64,000 bases of DNA from Paludisphaera sp. (lineage in GTDB: Bacteria > Planctomycetota > Planctomycetia > Isosphaerales > Isosphaeraceae): NCBI RefSeq assembly GCF_037189885.1, contig NZ_JBBCIR010000007.1, positions 70,218 through 134,217 on the forward strand. Direction: 5' to 3'. Numbering within the stretch: position 1 is the stretch's first letter; every line of letters begins with the position of its first letter. A program made the translations under genes and the position numbers. Below the pieces are notes generated by a model, which saw nothing but the letters and a program-made list of their open reading frames with translations, had not been told where the DNA came from and did no database searches. Positions 37,401-45,918 of this stretch are shown here, piece by piece.

Positions 37401-38516
37401 TTCCTCACCGAGACGGGTACGGTCTCCGGCCCACCCCATCGCCTCGTCGCCAATGCCGGGAAGTCGTTCCAGGGCTCAATCGTCCTGGGCATGGGCTTCG
37501 TGATCGAGCCGGACGAGGCCCAGCGGCTGATCGACAAGGACTCCCGCAATAAGGACGTCCTGTTCCCCTACCTCAACGGCGAGGACCTCAACTCCCGCAC
37601 CGACCAGTCCGCCAGCCGGTGGGTGATCAACTTCTTTGACTGGCCTTTAAGTCGGGAGACAGCCCCCGACGCCCACACAGGGCCAGTAGCGGCGGACTTT
37701 CCCGATTGTTTGGCGATTGTCCAAGAAAGGGTAAAACCGGAGCGTGACAAGCTCGGACAGAAGAAAGATTCGTCAGCACAGGGGTATGCCAGATTTTGGT
37801 GGCAGTACGGACGCAAGGGGGTGGAACTCTACCGGACCATCGCCGGGATGGAGCGAGTTTTAGCTGTCCCTCTCGTGTCCAAGCACATGATCACCTCTTG
37901 GCAGAATATCGATCAAGTTTTCTCGCACGCTCTCGGTGTCATCGCCTGCGACTCGGATTCGGAACTTTCAATAACTCAAAGCACTCTCCATGAAGAATGG
38001 TCCCGTTCCTGCGGGTCCACCCTTGAGACCCGGATGCGCTACACGCCTTCCGACTGCTTTGAGACTTTCCCCTTTCCAACTGGTTCTTACTCGCTTCTCG
38101 CTTCGATCGGCGAAGCCTACCACAGCCACCGCCGGCAGATCCTACTCTCCCGCCGGGAGGGCCTGACCAAGACCTACAACCGCTTCCACGACCCCGACGA
38201 AACCGCCGCCGACATTCAGGCGCTCCGTGACCTCCACGTTGAGATGGACCGGGCCGTCGCCGCTGCCTACGGCTGGTCCGACCTCGACCTCGGCCACGGC
38301 TTCCACGAGACCAGGCGGGGCACCCGGTTCACCATCGGCGAGTCGGCCCGCCGAGAGGTCCTCGCCCGCCTCCTGAAGCTCAACCACGAGCGATACGCCG
38401 AGGAGGTCGCCCAGGGCCTCCACGACAAGAAGAAGGGCAAGCCCGCCAAGGCTCCCCGGAAGCCGAGGGGGAAGGCGGCCTCCGAGCCGAGCCTCTTCGG
38501 CGAGGAGGACGGCTGA
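34401..38516 (+). CDS. drmMI: DISARM class I adenine DNA methyltransferase DrmMI (type IIG/Eco57I-like)
   Basis: MSIAKQHAEWLSLIEVSGPFLS N-terminus, GKLFDPDRFPFLEG, IGHVYEGLL, SGTHYTP, ICDMACGSGAFL (motif I), YGVDKNP, CNPPFMGG (motif IV) and YLNGEDLN. Confidence 0.9.
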   Translation: MSIAKQHAEWLSLIEVSGPFLSLPVLVQRFPQGMEAHDPEHTKALRQVHEEWDQDQNGDRPDRAIHRQWIDWVLRNTLDLGDVLVEGQDIPQTLKADLPEHGETLRPDKAVMEPDGSRARLLIQTYPLKQKLGRVVEGKPWAASPDTRMMQLLHDTGVRLGLVTNGDQWMLVDAPKGETTGYASWFAPLWLEEPKTLQAFRTLLGLHRFFGVPEEETLERLLAQSAQDQQEVTDQLGYQVRRAVEVLVSSIDKANRDSGGSLLKGVPEPVLYEAALTVMMRLVFLFCAEERDLLLLGDELYDRNYAVSTLREQLRGTAADFGEEVLERRHDAWSRLLTTFRAVYSGVRHDRLKIPAYKGKLFDPDRFPFLEGRPAGTRWQDTLGQPLPVDNRTVLHLLEALQVLQVKLPGGGPATPRKLSFRALQITQIGHVYEGLLDHTAVRATEPVLGLSGSRDSEPEVPLARLETLAAKGEDDLLKFVKDETGRSSVATVKRLLASKLDDQALSRFRTACQGDERLWERARPFAGLVRLDTFDYPVVIPSGGVYVTAGTDRRSSGTHYTPESLTEPIVRHTLEPLVYVGPAEGTPRDQWRLKSAADLLDLKICDMACGSGAFLVQVCTYLSLRLLEAWEEAERRVEGTPRITPYGEVSKGLPDEQLIPLDRQERVLYARRLVAERCPYGVDKNPLAVEMAKLSLWLLTLAKDKPFTFLDHAIRCGDSLVGLSSIDQLLRFSMSENAKVRPLMEQQRQQIERRLNATMLLRRQIETVPSNTPQDIERKTLMFANVEDQRMRLTYAADMLLAATWEAKNASELESALNGMLAEVEYKFKDLPVVQLEAEAKGRLRKAVIEGRFHWALEFPEVFMDRGGFDAFVCNPPFMGGKKITGNLGTDYRDFLVQHLAGGKRGNADLCAYFTLRGASLLREGGHFGFLATNTIAQGDTREVGLDQLTTYGFVIPQAVSSRPWPGVASLEVAHVWLRRGRWSTPYFLDDKPVSGISPFLTETGTVSGPPHRLVANAGKSFQGSIVLGMGFVIEPDEAQRLIDKDSRNKDVLFPYLNGEDLNSRTDQSASRWVINFFDWPLSRETAPDAHTGPVAADFPDCLAIVQERVKPERDKLGQKKDSSAQGYARFWWQYGRKGVELYRTIAGMERVLAVPLVSKHMITSWQNIDQVFSHALGVIACDSDSELSITQSTLHEEWSRSCGSTLETRMRYTPSDCFETFPFPTGSYSLLASIGEAYHSHRRQILLSRREGLTKTYNRFHDPDETAADIQALRDLHVEMDRAVAAAYGWSDLDLGHGFHETRRGTRFTIGESARREVLARLLKLNHERYAEEVAQGLHDKKKGKPAKAPRKPRGKAASEPSLFGEEDG

Positions 38517-40417
38517 TGGACACCAGCGCCATCCTCGCCGCCCTCAGCCTGGGCGAGGAGAAGGACTGGGAGTTCAAGGCGGCCAGGGGCGGCCTGCCGG
38601 GGAGCGTCTGGGACACCTACAGTGCGATGGCCAACACCGACGGCGGCGTCATCGTCCTCGGGGTCGCCCAGAAGGACGGTCGGTTCGCCGTCGAGGGCGT
38701 GCCCGACGCTTTGAAGATGAAGCAGGACTTCTGGAACCTCGCCAACAACCGGGGCAAGGTCAGCATCAACCTGCTCTCGAACGACGACGTGACGATCGAG
38801 ACGATCGACGGCCAGTCGGTCATCGTCGTCCGAATCCCCAGGGCCACCCGGCGTCAACGCCCGGTCTACGTCGGCCAGAACCCGATCGAGGGGACCTTCC
38901 GGCGCTACCAGGAGGGCGACTACCGCTGCTCCCACGACGAGGTGGGGCGGATGCTCGCCGACCAGGCCGAGGACCCGGCGGACGGCGAGATCCTCGAACA
39001 CTTCGGGATGGACGACCTCGATCCCGAAAGCCTGAACCAGTACCGCAACCGCTTCTCGGCCCGTGCCCCGGCCCACCCCTGGCTCGCCCTCGACGGGCGG
39101 GGCCTGCTGGAGAAGCTCGGCGGCTGGCGGACCGACCGGCCCACGGGCCAGCACGGGCTCACCGTCGCCGGGCTGCTGATGTTCGGCAAGGACGAGGCGA
39201 TCCGGGACCACTCGGCGATCCCGCAGTACCACGTCGATTACCGAGAGCGGCTCTCCGACGACCCCGAGGTCCGCTGGACGGACCGCCTCACGGGCGACGG
39301 GACGTGGACGGCGAACCTGTTCCAGTTCTACCAGCGAGTCCTCTCCCGCCTGTTCGCCGACCTCAAGGTGCCGTTCCAACTCCGGCCCGACATGTTCCGC
39401 AAGGACGAGACCATCGTCCACGAGGCGATCCGGGAGGCGCTGGTCAACGCCCTGATCCACGCCGACTACCGGGGCAAGGGTGGGATCGTGATAGAGAAGT
39501 ACCGGGACCGGATCACGCTGTCCAACCCCGGATCGCTGTTGCTCCCGGTCGAGCAACTCTTCCGGGGCGGGATCAGCGAGTGCCGGAACAAGTCGCTCCA
39601 GTTGATGTTCCAGCAGATCGGCGGCGGCGAGAAGGCCGGGTCGGGGATCGACAAGATCCGCCAGGGCTGGGCCTCCCAGAAGTGGCGGCTGCCCCTGATC
39701 CGGGAGACGACGAGGCCGGAACGGGTCAGCGTGGTCCTGCCGATGGTCAGCCTGCTGCCCCCTGCGTCCCTCGATAAGCTGCATCGGCTGCTAGGGGCGA
39801 AATTCGGCGGTCTGGGCCCCGAGGAGGTCCAGGCGCTCGTCACGGCGGACGTCGAGGGGGAGGTGACGAACTTCCGGCTCCGGCAGTTCTCCGACCGCCA
39901 CACGACCGACATCACGAAGCTGCTGCAAACCCTCGTCTCCAAAGGGCTTCTCGACAAGGACGGCTATGGTCGGGCTGCCACGTACCAGCTAGCCGGGCCG
40001 CTGGTCGCATTCATCACTCCGGCTACAGCCGAGGCGAGGTCCGGTCACAGGGGGCCGAACTCCGGTCATAAGACGGAGGGGTCCGGTCATAAGGGAGAGG
40101 AAGCTCCGGCCATAGACCCGGAGCACGACCCCGCCCTGCTGGCCATCGCCGAGCCCGCCCGCCTCAGCCCCCGCCTCAAGCCCGACGAGATGCGACCGAT
40201 CGTCCTGCGGCTTTGCGAGGATCGTTACTTGACCTTCCGCCAGCTTGCCACCCTCCTGGGCCGGGAGCCCGGCGGCCTCCAGCGTTGGACGCTCCGGCCC
40301 ATGGCGCAGGAAGGGCAACTGCGGCTCAAGTACCCGGAAACGCCCAATCACCCCCGCCAGGCGTATCGCAGCAGCCCAAGAAGTGCGGACGGCGGCGTAT
40401 CCGGCGAAGCGAGTTGA
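38516..40417 (+). CDS. AlbA_2 (Schlafen-like) + HATPase_c_4 + winged-helix protein
   Basis: EEKDWEFKAA...YSAMANTDGGVIVLG (AlbA_2), AIREALVNALIHADY, ITLSNPG, RNKSL and GSGIDK (HATPase_c_4), and a C-terminal HPRQAY. Coupled to drmMI through TGATG. Confidence 0.88.
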   Translation: MDTSAILAALSLGEEKDWEFKAARGGLPGSVWDTYSAMANTDGGVIVLGVAQKDGRFAVEGVPDALKMKQDFWNLANNRGKVSINLLSNDDVTIETIDGQSVIVVRIPRATRRQRPVYVGQNPIEGTFRRYQEGDYRCSHDEVGRMLADQAEDPADGEILEHFGMDDLDPESLNQYRNRFSARAPAHPWLALDGRGLLEKLGGWRTDRPTGQHGLTVAGLLMFGKDEAIRDHSAIPQYHVDYRERLSDDPEVRWTDRLTGDGTWTANLFQFYQRVLSRLFADLKVPFQLRPDMFRKDETIVHEAIREALVNALIHADYRGKGGIVIEKYRDRITLSNPGSLLLPVEQLFRGGISECRNKSLQLMFQQIGGGEKAGSGIDKIRQGWASQKWRLPLIRETTRPERVSVVLPMVSLLPPASLDKLHRLLGAKFGGLGPEEVQALVTADVEGEVTNFRLRQFSDRHTTDITKLLQTLVSKGLLDKDGYGRAATYQLAGPLVAFITPATAEARSGHRGPNSGHKTEGSGHKGEEAPAIDPEHDPALLAIAEPARLSPRLKPDEMRPIVLRLCEDRYLTFRQLATLLGREPGGLQRWTLRPMAQEGQLRLKYPETPNHPRQAYRSSPRSADGGVSGEAS

Positions 40418-40684
40418 GGGACTATCATGCCGCAGATATGTCCCACGCCGGCAATCCCAACACTGGCCTCGCAGGAGGAGATGACCGTCGAGGGACATCG
40501 AAGACCTGTCTGCGGCGATGAGGACAAAGTCCCCTATCGTATCAGGGAAGAATCCAGGTCGCTATGTGGTGTTAGCGCTTCCGCCGACGAAGAAGCCATA
40601 ACGTAGTTGATATCCTCTGCCAGACCCCGGCCATACCGACTCTTCCTCCAATCCGGCGGTCCGTTGTGCATCAAAAGGGTTGTT

Positions 40685-42178
40685 ATGATTCCCGATCATC
40701 CGAACCTCAGGGATTCGCTTGCGGCGTTGAGCTTGGAGGAGGTGAAAGAGCTTCCCCCCTCAGGAGAGCATCTCGTTATCTGCGATAAGAGCCAACGGCG
40801 AGAGGCGGATGGGACGTTCTTCGCCGACCTCACGGAGGTCGTTCTGAAGCAGTCGGAGGGAGTGCCGGTCAGGCTGAACGGACTCGTGGAGAAGGTCGCC
40901 GAGTCGCTCCATCGTGCAGGTCACGCACACGTCGAGCCGAAGACCCCCGGCAGACGAGCCTTTGGCTCGATAATCCTGGCCTTCGCCGCATTAAGACGAG
41001 AGTCTCGGGACGGTACGCTCGATTCGTTGAACCAGATCCTTGAGAAGATCGGCGAGACGAGAGTCACCCAATGGGCCGTGTTGAAAACCCCTTGGACTGA
41101 GCCCGAGAAATACAATTTCGGAGACTTCGAATTCGGCGTAATGGATTCGGACCTGCTCCGGCACCGCTCGGAGAGGGCAGGCAGCGACTTTGCGCAACGG
41201 TATGGGGATGAATTTCGAGGCCGTCTGGCCCTCCGGCGTGATGATCGCACCATCAGATTTGCGAACTTCCGTGCAATCAAGCGGTTCCCTGTGTTGACGT
41301 CGCCTTCTTCGCTGGCCTACAGGCTGCTTGACGATTACTTCGGTCTCCTCTCGGATGCGGAGCGACGGCGATTCCTCACTGATCTCGATCAGCAGCAGGC
41401 AATCTACGGGGCGGCAGGGCTCGGCACGATCCCCTCCGATTTTTTGCGGAAAGCCGATGCCTTCATGGACTGGATCGCCGTGTTCACGACTCAGCAACGT
41501 GGTGTCGGATGGGTCGTCCCCACGGGGGGGATTCCCACGATGCACGTCACCTCGCCAGGGGAGCTGGCGAAAGGGCGTGCAGAGATCGAGGCTGGCTTGA
41601 GGATCTCGGAGTGGGGCACGAAGGGGCTGGACGGCACCATCCAACTCTTCGCAGAGTACCTCTACACGGCGAGGAACTTTGAAGATGACGGGCGCATTGA
41701 GGAAGCGCTCCTCCATTCCGTCTTTGCGCTCGATCTGCTCCTCGGGGGCGAATCGGGCGAGTCGCTCACTGCCGCACTCGCAGGACGTGCCGCAATGGTG
41801 TCACATATGGCGCTGGGGAAGGACTTCGACGAGGTCGACCGATTCGTTCGCCAAAGCTATGACATGCGTAGTGGATATGTGCATCGTGGTGAGCGAGGGA
41901 ATCTGTCTGAGTCGTCGAGAGACTCTTTGGTCGATCGTTACTCACGGCTGAAGGCGATTTGCCGGGCCGTGCTCGGGGCCGCTTGCTTCGCCAGGGTCCA
42001 ACCCTGGAGCGACCATCCGGATGCGAAGAGGATTTGGCTTGGTCGTATTGATATACTTATAAAAAAGCGTGATATAGGGCAAAGTCTCGACGCTGACGAG
42101 GTTGGGACGCTCGGCTTGGACAAATGCGACCTAGATCACGGGAAGATCCCTGGCGTCACGATTCGCTGGGCGAGATGA
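40685..42178 (+). CDS. HEPN-domain protein (Apea-like HEPN), putative RNase
   Basis: C-terminal ALLHSVFALDLLL...LAGRAA...VRQSYDMRSGYVHRG with an R-x4-H motif at 41867-41884. AT-richer than the flanks. Start at ATG 40685; the ORF track starts at TTG 40607. Confidence 0.72.
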   Translation: MIPDHPNLRDSLAALSLEEVKELPPSGEHLVICDKSQRREADGTFFADLTEVVLKQSEGVPVRLNGLVEKVAESLHRAGHAHVEPKTPGRRAFGSIILAFAALRRESRDGTLDSLNQILEKIGETRVTQWAVLKTPWTEPEKYNFGDFEFGVMDSDLLRHRSERAGSDFAQRYGDEFRGRLALRRDDRTIRFANFRAIKRFPVLTSPSSLAYRLLDDYFGLLSDAERRRFLTDLDQQQAIYGAAGLGTIPSDFLRKADAFMDWIAVFTTQQRGVGWVVPTGGIPTMHVTSPGELAKGRAEIEAGLRISEWGTKGLDGTIQLFAEYLYTARNFEDDGRIEEALLHSVFALDLLLGGESGESLTAALAGRAAMVSHMALGKDFDEVDRFVRQSYDMRSGYVHRGERGNLSESSRDSLVDRYSRLKAICRAVLGAACFARVQPWSDHPDAKRIWLGRIDILIKKRDIGQSLDADEVGTLGLDKCDLDHGKIPGVTIRWAR

Positions 42179-42234
42179 CGACGGATCATCGATCGATTTT
42201 ATTCACGGGTTTAATGAAGCAAGGCTGCGAGGAC

Positions 42235-45200
42235 ATGGCTCAAACGGCCCTTAAACAAGCCGTCCCCTCCTCCCTCGAACTCCGGAACCTGCTGGAGGAA
42301 ATGGCGGTCCGGGAACTCCGTGGACCCGTCCAGGGGGAGGAGGAAGAGGTCCCCGGACGCATACGGGACCGCTACCTCGTCGGCATCCTCGCCCCACGCC
42401 AGCGGGCCGAGGGCGAGGCCCCGCCCCTGTTCGACCGCCCCGCCGCCCCGCCCGCCGAGGATGACGACACGCAGGAAGGCGACCTACCGCCCGGCGACGA
42501 CATGGCGGTCGAGGGGTCCGGGCGGGGCAACCTCGGGGGCGACGACGGCCCGACCGAGCGGACGCCCTCGCTGTCCAAGGCCGTCTTCCCCTCGTCGCTG
42601 GGCCTCTCATTCTGCGTCCCGCTCGACGTCCCCTCCCTGAAGGTTACGCCCCGCTGGGGCCGCTACGACAAGGCCCCCAGCGCCTTCGAGACCAACCCCA
42701 AGACCGGGACCCCGAAGCGGGTCTGGAAGCGCCAGCCCTGCGGCACGTCCCACGAGGTCCCGCTGGAGGCCGGGCCGGTCGGCCCCATCGTTGCAGACGA
42801 GGCGTTCCCCGACGCCAAGGTCCGGGGGCTGATCCGCCGCCGCACCGACCACTGGAGCGTCACCCTCTTCCTGGTCAACGAGGGGGTCGAGCCGCCGCCG
42901 CCCAACCGGGAACGCACCTGGATGTTCCAGTGCGAACTGGCGGTCGAGGCCCCCGACGGCTCGCCGGTCTTCCACAAGCGGTTCGCCCGGATCGACCTGG
43001 ACGGCACCGACGAGGCGTACAAGCAGGAGGCTGACATGCTGGCGATGATCTATCGTCGCCACGTCGAGTTTGCCGTCGGCCACGGCACGGCGGTCCACGC
43101 CGACCTGGACCCGGCGGACCCCAACCGGGCCTCCCGGATCACGACCAGGGCCATCCCCAGCTACGAGATCCCCAAGACCACCCCGCCGACCGTCGAGGAT
43201 GCCGACCGGAACCCCGCATTCGCCAAGCTGGACGGGCTCGTCCTGGACATGAAGCTCCTGCACGAGACGCCCCAGGCCGGGCTCCGTGCCAGGCTGGAGC
43301 CGCTGGTCTTCGCCTACCGGGAGTGGATCAGGCTGGAGAAGGCGAGGATCGATGACCCCGCCGAGAACCTCGACCACTTCAAGTCGGTGGCGAGGACGGC
43401 CATCGAGCGGTGCGAGAAGACGCTCAGGCGGATCGAGGAGGGGCTCGACCTGCTGGTGTCCGACCCGCAGGTGGCCGACGCCTTCCGGTTCATGAACCAG
43501 GCCATGTGGCTCCAGCGGACCCGCTCGCTCTTCTCCGAGGGCGTCCGGCGAGGCCGGGACATCGACTACAACGACGTGGACGTCCCGAAGAACCGCTCCT
43601 GGTATCCCTTCCAGTTGGCGTTCATCCTGCTGAACCTCCCCGGCCTCTCCCGGCTCGACCACCCCGACCGGGCCGAGAGCCCCGACGCCGTGGCCGACCT
43701 CCTCTGGTTCCCGACCGGCGGCGGCAAGACCGAAGCCTACCTCGGCCTGACGGCCTTCACCGTCGCCATCCGCCGCCTCCAGGGGGTCGTGGAGGGCCGC
43801 TCGGGCGAGGACGGGATCGCCGTCCTGATGCGGTACACCCTGCGGCTGCTGACCCTCCAGCAGTTCCAGCGGGCGACGACCCTGATCTGCGCCTGCGAGG
43901 TCATCCGCCACCAGGCCGAGGCACGGGGCGACCACCGCTGGGGCACGACGCCGTTCCGCATCGGGCTCTGGGTCGGCTCGGCCTCGACCCCGAACCGCAC
44001 GGCCCACGGCGAGGAGGCGCTCAAGACCGCCACCGGCAGCGCCGACAAGAAGCGGCACGGGGCCGTCGGCGGAAGCGGGTCGCCCCACCAGTTGACCAAC
44101 TGCCCCTGGTGCGGCTCGAAGATCGACTTCACGCCCCGCTGCTACCACATCGAGACCGCCAGCAAGGGGCGGGGCCGCACCTTCGTCTACTGCGGCGACA
44201 AGTTCGGCCAGTGCGCCTTCAGCCGGCGGCAGTCCCCCGACGAGGGCCTGCCGATCCTGGTCGTCGATGAGGAGATTTACCGGCGGCTGCCCTGCCTGCT
44301 GATCGCCACGGTGGACAAGTTCGCCCAGATGCCGTGGAAGGGCGAGGTCGAGATGCTCTTCGGCCAGGTGGACGGCCTCTGCGAGCGGCACGGGTTCCGG
44401 TCTCCTGAGATCGACGACGCCGGGAGCCACCCGAAGAGCAAGGACGGCAAGTTCCCTCCCGCCCGCACGGTCCCGGCCAATACGCTGCGGCCCCCGGACC
44501 TGATCATCCAGGACGAGTTGCACTTGATCAGCGGCCCGCTCGGGACGCTGGTGGGCCTCTACGAGACGGCCATCGACCGCCTCTGCTCGTGGAAGGTCGG
44601 CGGCAAGGTCGTCCGGCCCAAGCTGATTGCCTCGACGGCGACGATCCGCCAGGCCAGGGATCAGGTCCACGCCTTGTTCATGCGGGACACCAGCGTCTTC
44701 CCGCCCAACGGCCTGGACGTGCGGGACAACTTCTTCTCGCTCCAACGCCCCTCGACCGAGGCCACGCCGGGCCGGAAGTACATCGGGATCTGCGCCCCCG
44801 GACGCAACTTGCGGAACTGCCTGATCCGCACCTACGTGACGATGCTCTCGGCGGCCCAGGTCCTCTTCGACGAGCACGGGGAAGCCTCCGACTCGTGGAT
44901 GACCCTGGTGGGCTACTTCAACAGCCTGCGGGAACTCGGCGGCATGCGGCGGATGGTCGATGACGACGTGCGGACCCGCCTGGGCAAGATGGCCGAGTGG
45001 GGCCTCGCCAAGCGCATCCTGTACTCGCCCGACTCGGTGAAGGAGTTGACCTCCCGGCTCGGCTCGGCGGCGATCCCCGAGACGCTGGACCGGCTGGAGA
45101 ACGTCTTCGACCCGGCGATGGAGGAGAAACGGAAGGAGGCCGGGCGGACGCACACCCGCCCCACGGACCTGAAGCCCCGCCCGCTCGACGTGCTGCTGGC

Positions 45201-45918
45201 GACGAACATGATCTCCGTCGGCGTGGACGTGCCGAGGCTGGGGCTGATGGTGTGCAGCGGCCAGCCCAAGACGACCTCCGAGTACATCCAGGCCACCAGC
45301 CGGGTCGGGCGGAAGTTCCCCGGCCTGGTCGTCACGGTCTACAACTGGGCTCGACCGAGAGACCTGAGCCACTTCGAGACCTTCGAGCACTACCACGCCA
45401 CGTTCTACCAGCACGTCGAGGCCCTTTCGGTCACGCCCTTCTCCGAGGGGTCGATCTACCGGGGGCTTTCCGCCCTCTTAGTCTCGCTCGTCCGGCTGCG
45501 GGGCTTCGAGTTCAACAAGAACGAGGCGGCGATGCGGATGGCGACCGACTCGACACACCCGTTCGTCCAGGAGGCGATCGACTGGATCGTGCGACGGGCG
45601 AGGCTCGTGGGCGGCAACGAGGTGGCCACGAAGGTCGAGGCGGAACTGAGGCAGAAGGTGGACCACTGGCAGAAGCGGGCCTTGCGGCTCTCCGGCGGCA
45701 GTCGGCTCGGCTACGAGGGCAAGAAGGACAGCGAGACGGTCGGCCTGCTGCAAAAACCGGGGATCGAGGCGTGGGACGAGTACACCTGCCTGAACTCGCT
45801 CCGGGAGGTCGAGCCGACCTCCTTCCTGATCCTGGACGATCACAACCTGGACGACGAGGCCGACTTCATGAACGTGGCCCAGGGCGACGGGGAGGTTGCC
45901 GATGAACAAGGGGCGTGA
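42235..45918 (+). CDS. drmA: DISARM helicase DrmA
   Basis: RYLVGILAP, FAVGHGTAV, WYPFQLAFIL, LWFPTGGGKTEAYLG, LRLLTLQQFQRA, IIQDELHLISGPLG, ATNMISVGVDV and EYIQATSRVGR. Confidence 0.93.
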   Translation: MAQTALKQAVPSSLELRNLLEEMAVRELRGPVQGEEEEVPGRIRDRYLVGILAPRQRAEGEAPPLFDRPAAPPAEDDDTQEGDLPPGDDMAVEGSGRGNLGGDDGPTERTPSLSKAVFPSSLGLSFCVPLDVPSLKVTPRWGRYDKAPSAFETNPKTGTPKRVWKRQPCGTSHEVPLEAGPVGPIVADEAFPDAKVRGLIRRRTDHWSVTLFLVNEGVEPPPPNRERTWMFQCELAVEAPDGSPVFHKRFARIDLDGTDEAYKQEADMLAMIYRRHVEFAVGHGTAVHADLDPADPNRASRITTRAIPSYEIPKTTPPTVEDADRNPAFAKLDGLVLDMKLLHETPQAGLRARLEPLVFAYREWIRLEKARIDDPAENLDHFKSVARTAIERCEKTLRRIEEGLDLLVSDPQVADAFRFMNQAMWLQRTRSLFSEGVRRGRDIDYNDVDVPKNRSWYPFQLAFILLNLPGLSRLDHPDRAESPDAVADLLWFPTGGGKTEAYLGLTAFTVAIRRLQGVVEGRSGEDGIAVLMRYTLRLLTLQQFQRATTLICACEVIRHQAEARGDHRWGTTPFRIGLWVGSASTPNRTAHGEEALKTATGSADKKRHGAVGGSGSPHQLTNCPWCGSKIDFTPRCYHIETASKGRGRTFVYCGDKFGQCAFSRRQSPDEGLPILVVDEEIYRRLPCLLIATVDKFAQMPWKGEVEMLFGQVDGLCERHGFRSPEIDDAGSHPKSKDGKFPPARTVPANTLRPPDLIIQDELHLISGPLGTLVGLYETAIDRLCSWKVGGKVVRPKLIASTATIRQARDQVHALFMRDTSVFPPNGLDVRDNFFSLQRPSTEATPGRKYIGICAPGRNLRNCLIRTYVTMLSAAQVLFDEHGEASDSWMTLVGYFNSLRELGGMRRMVDDDVRTRLGKMAEWGLAKRILYSPDSVKELTSRLGSAAIPETLDRLENVFDPAMEEKRKEAGRTHTRPTDLKPRPLDVLLATNMISVGVDVPRLGLMVCSGQPKTTSEYIQATSRVGRKFPGLVVTVYNWARPRDLSHFETFEHYHATFYQHVEALSVTPFSEGSIYRGLSALLVSLVRLRGFEFNKNEAAMRMATDSTHPFVQEAIDWIVRRARLVGGNEVATKVEAELRQKVDHWQKRALRLSGGSRLGYEGKKDSETVGLLQKPGIEAWDEYTCLNSLREVEPTSFLILDDHNLDDEADFMNVAQGDGEVADEQGA

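Noticed and set aside
40481-40606. 41-codon ORF with a strong GGAGGAG Shine-Dalgarno, in frame with the HEPN ORF and separated from it by one TAG
   Set aside because: The peptide has no recognisable features and the HEPN gene has its own plausible ATG at 40685. There is no evidence for readthrough, though ribosome profiling could revive it.
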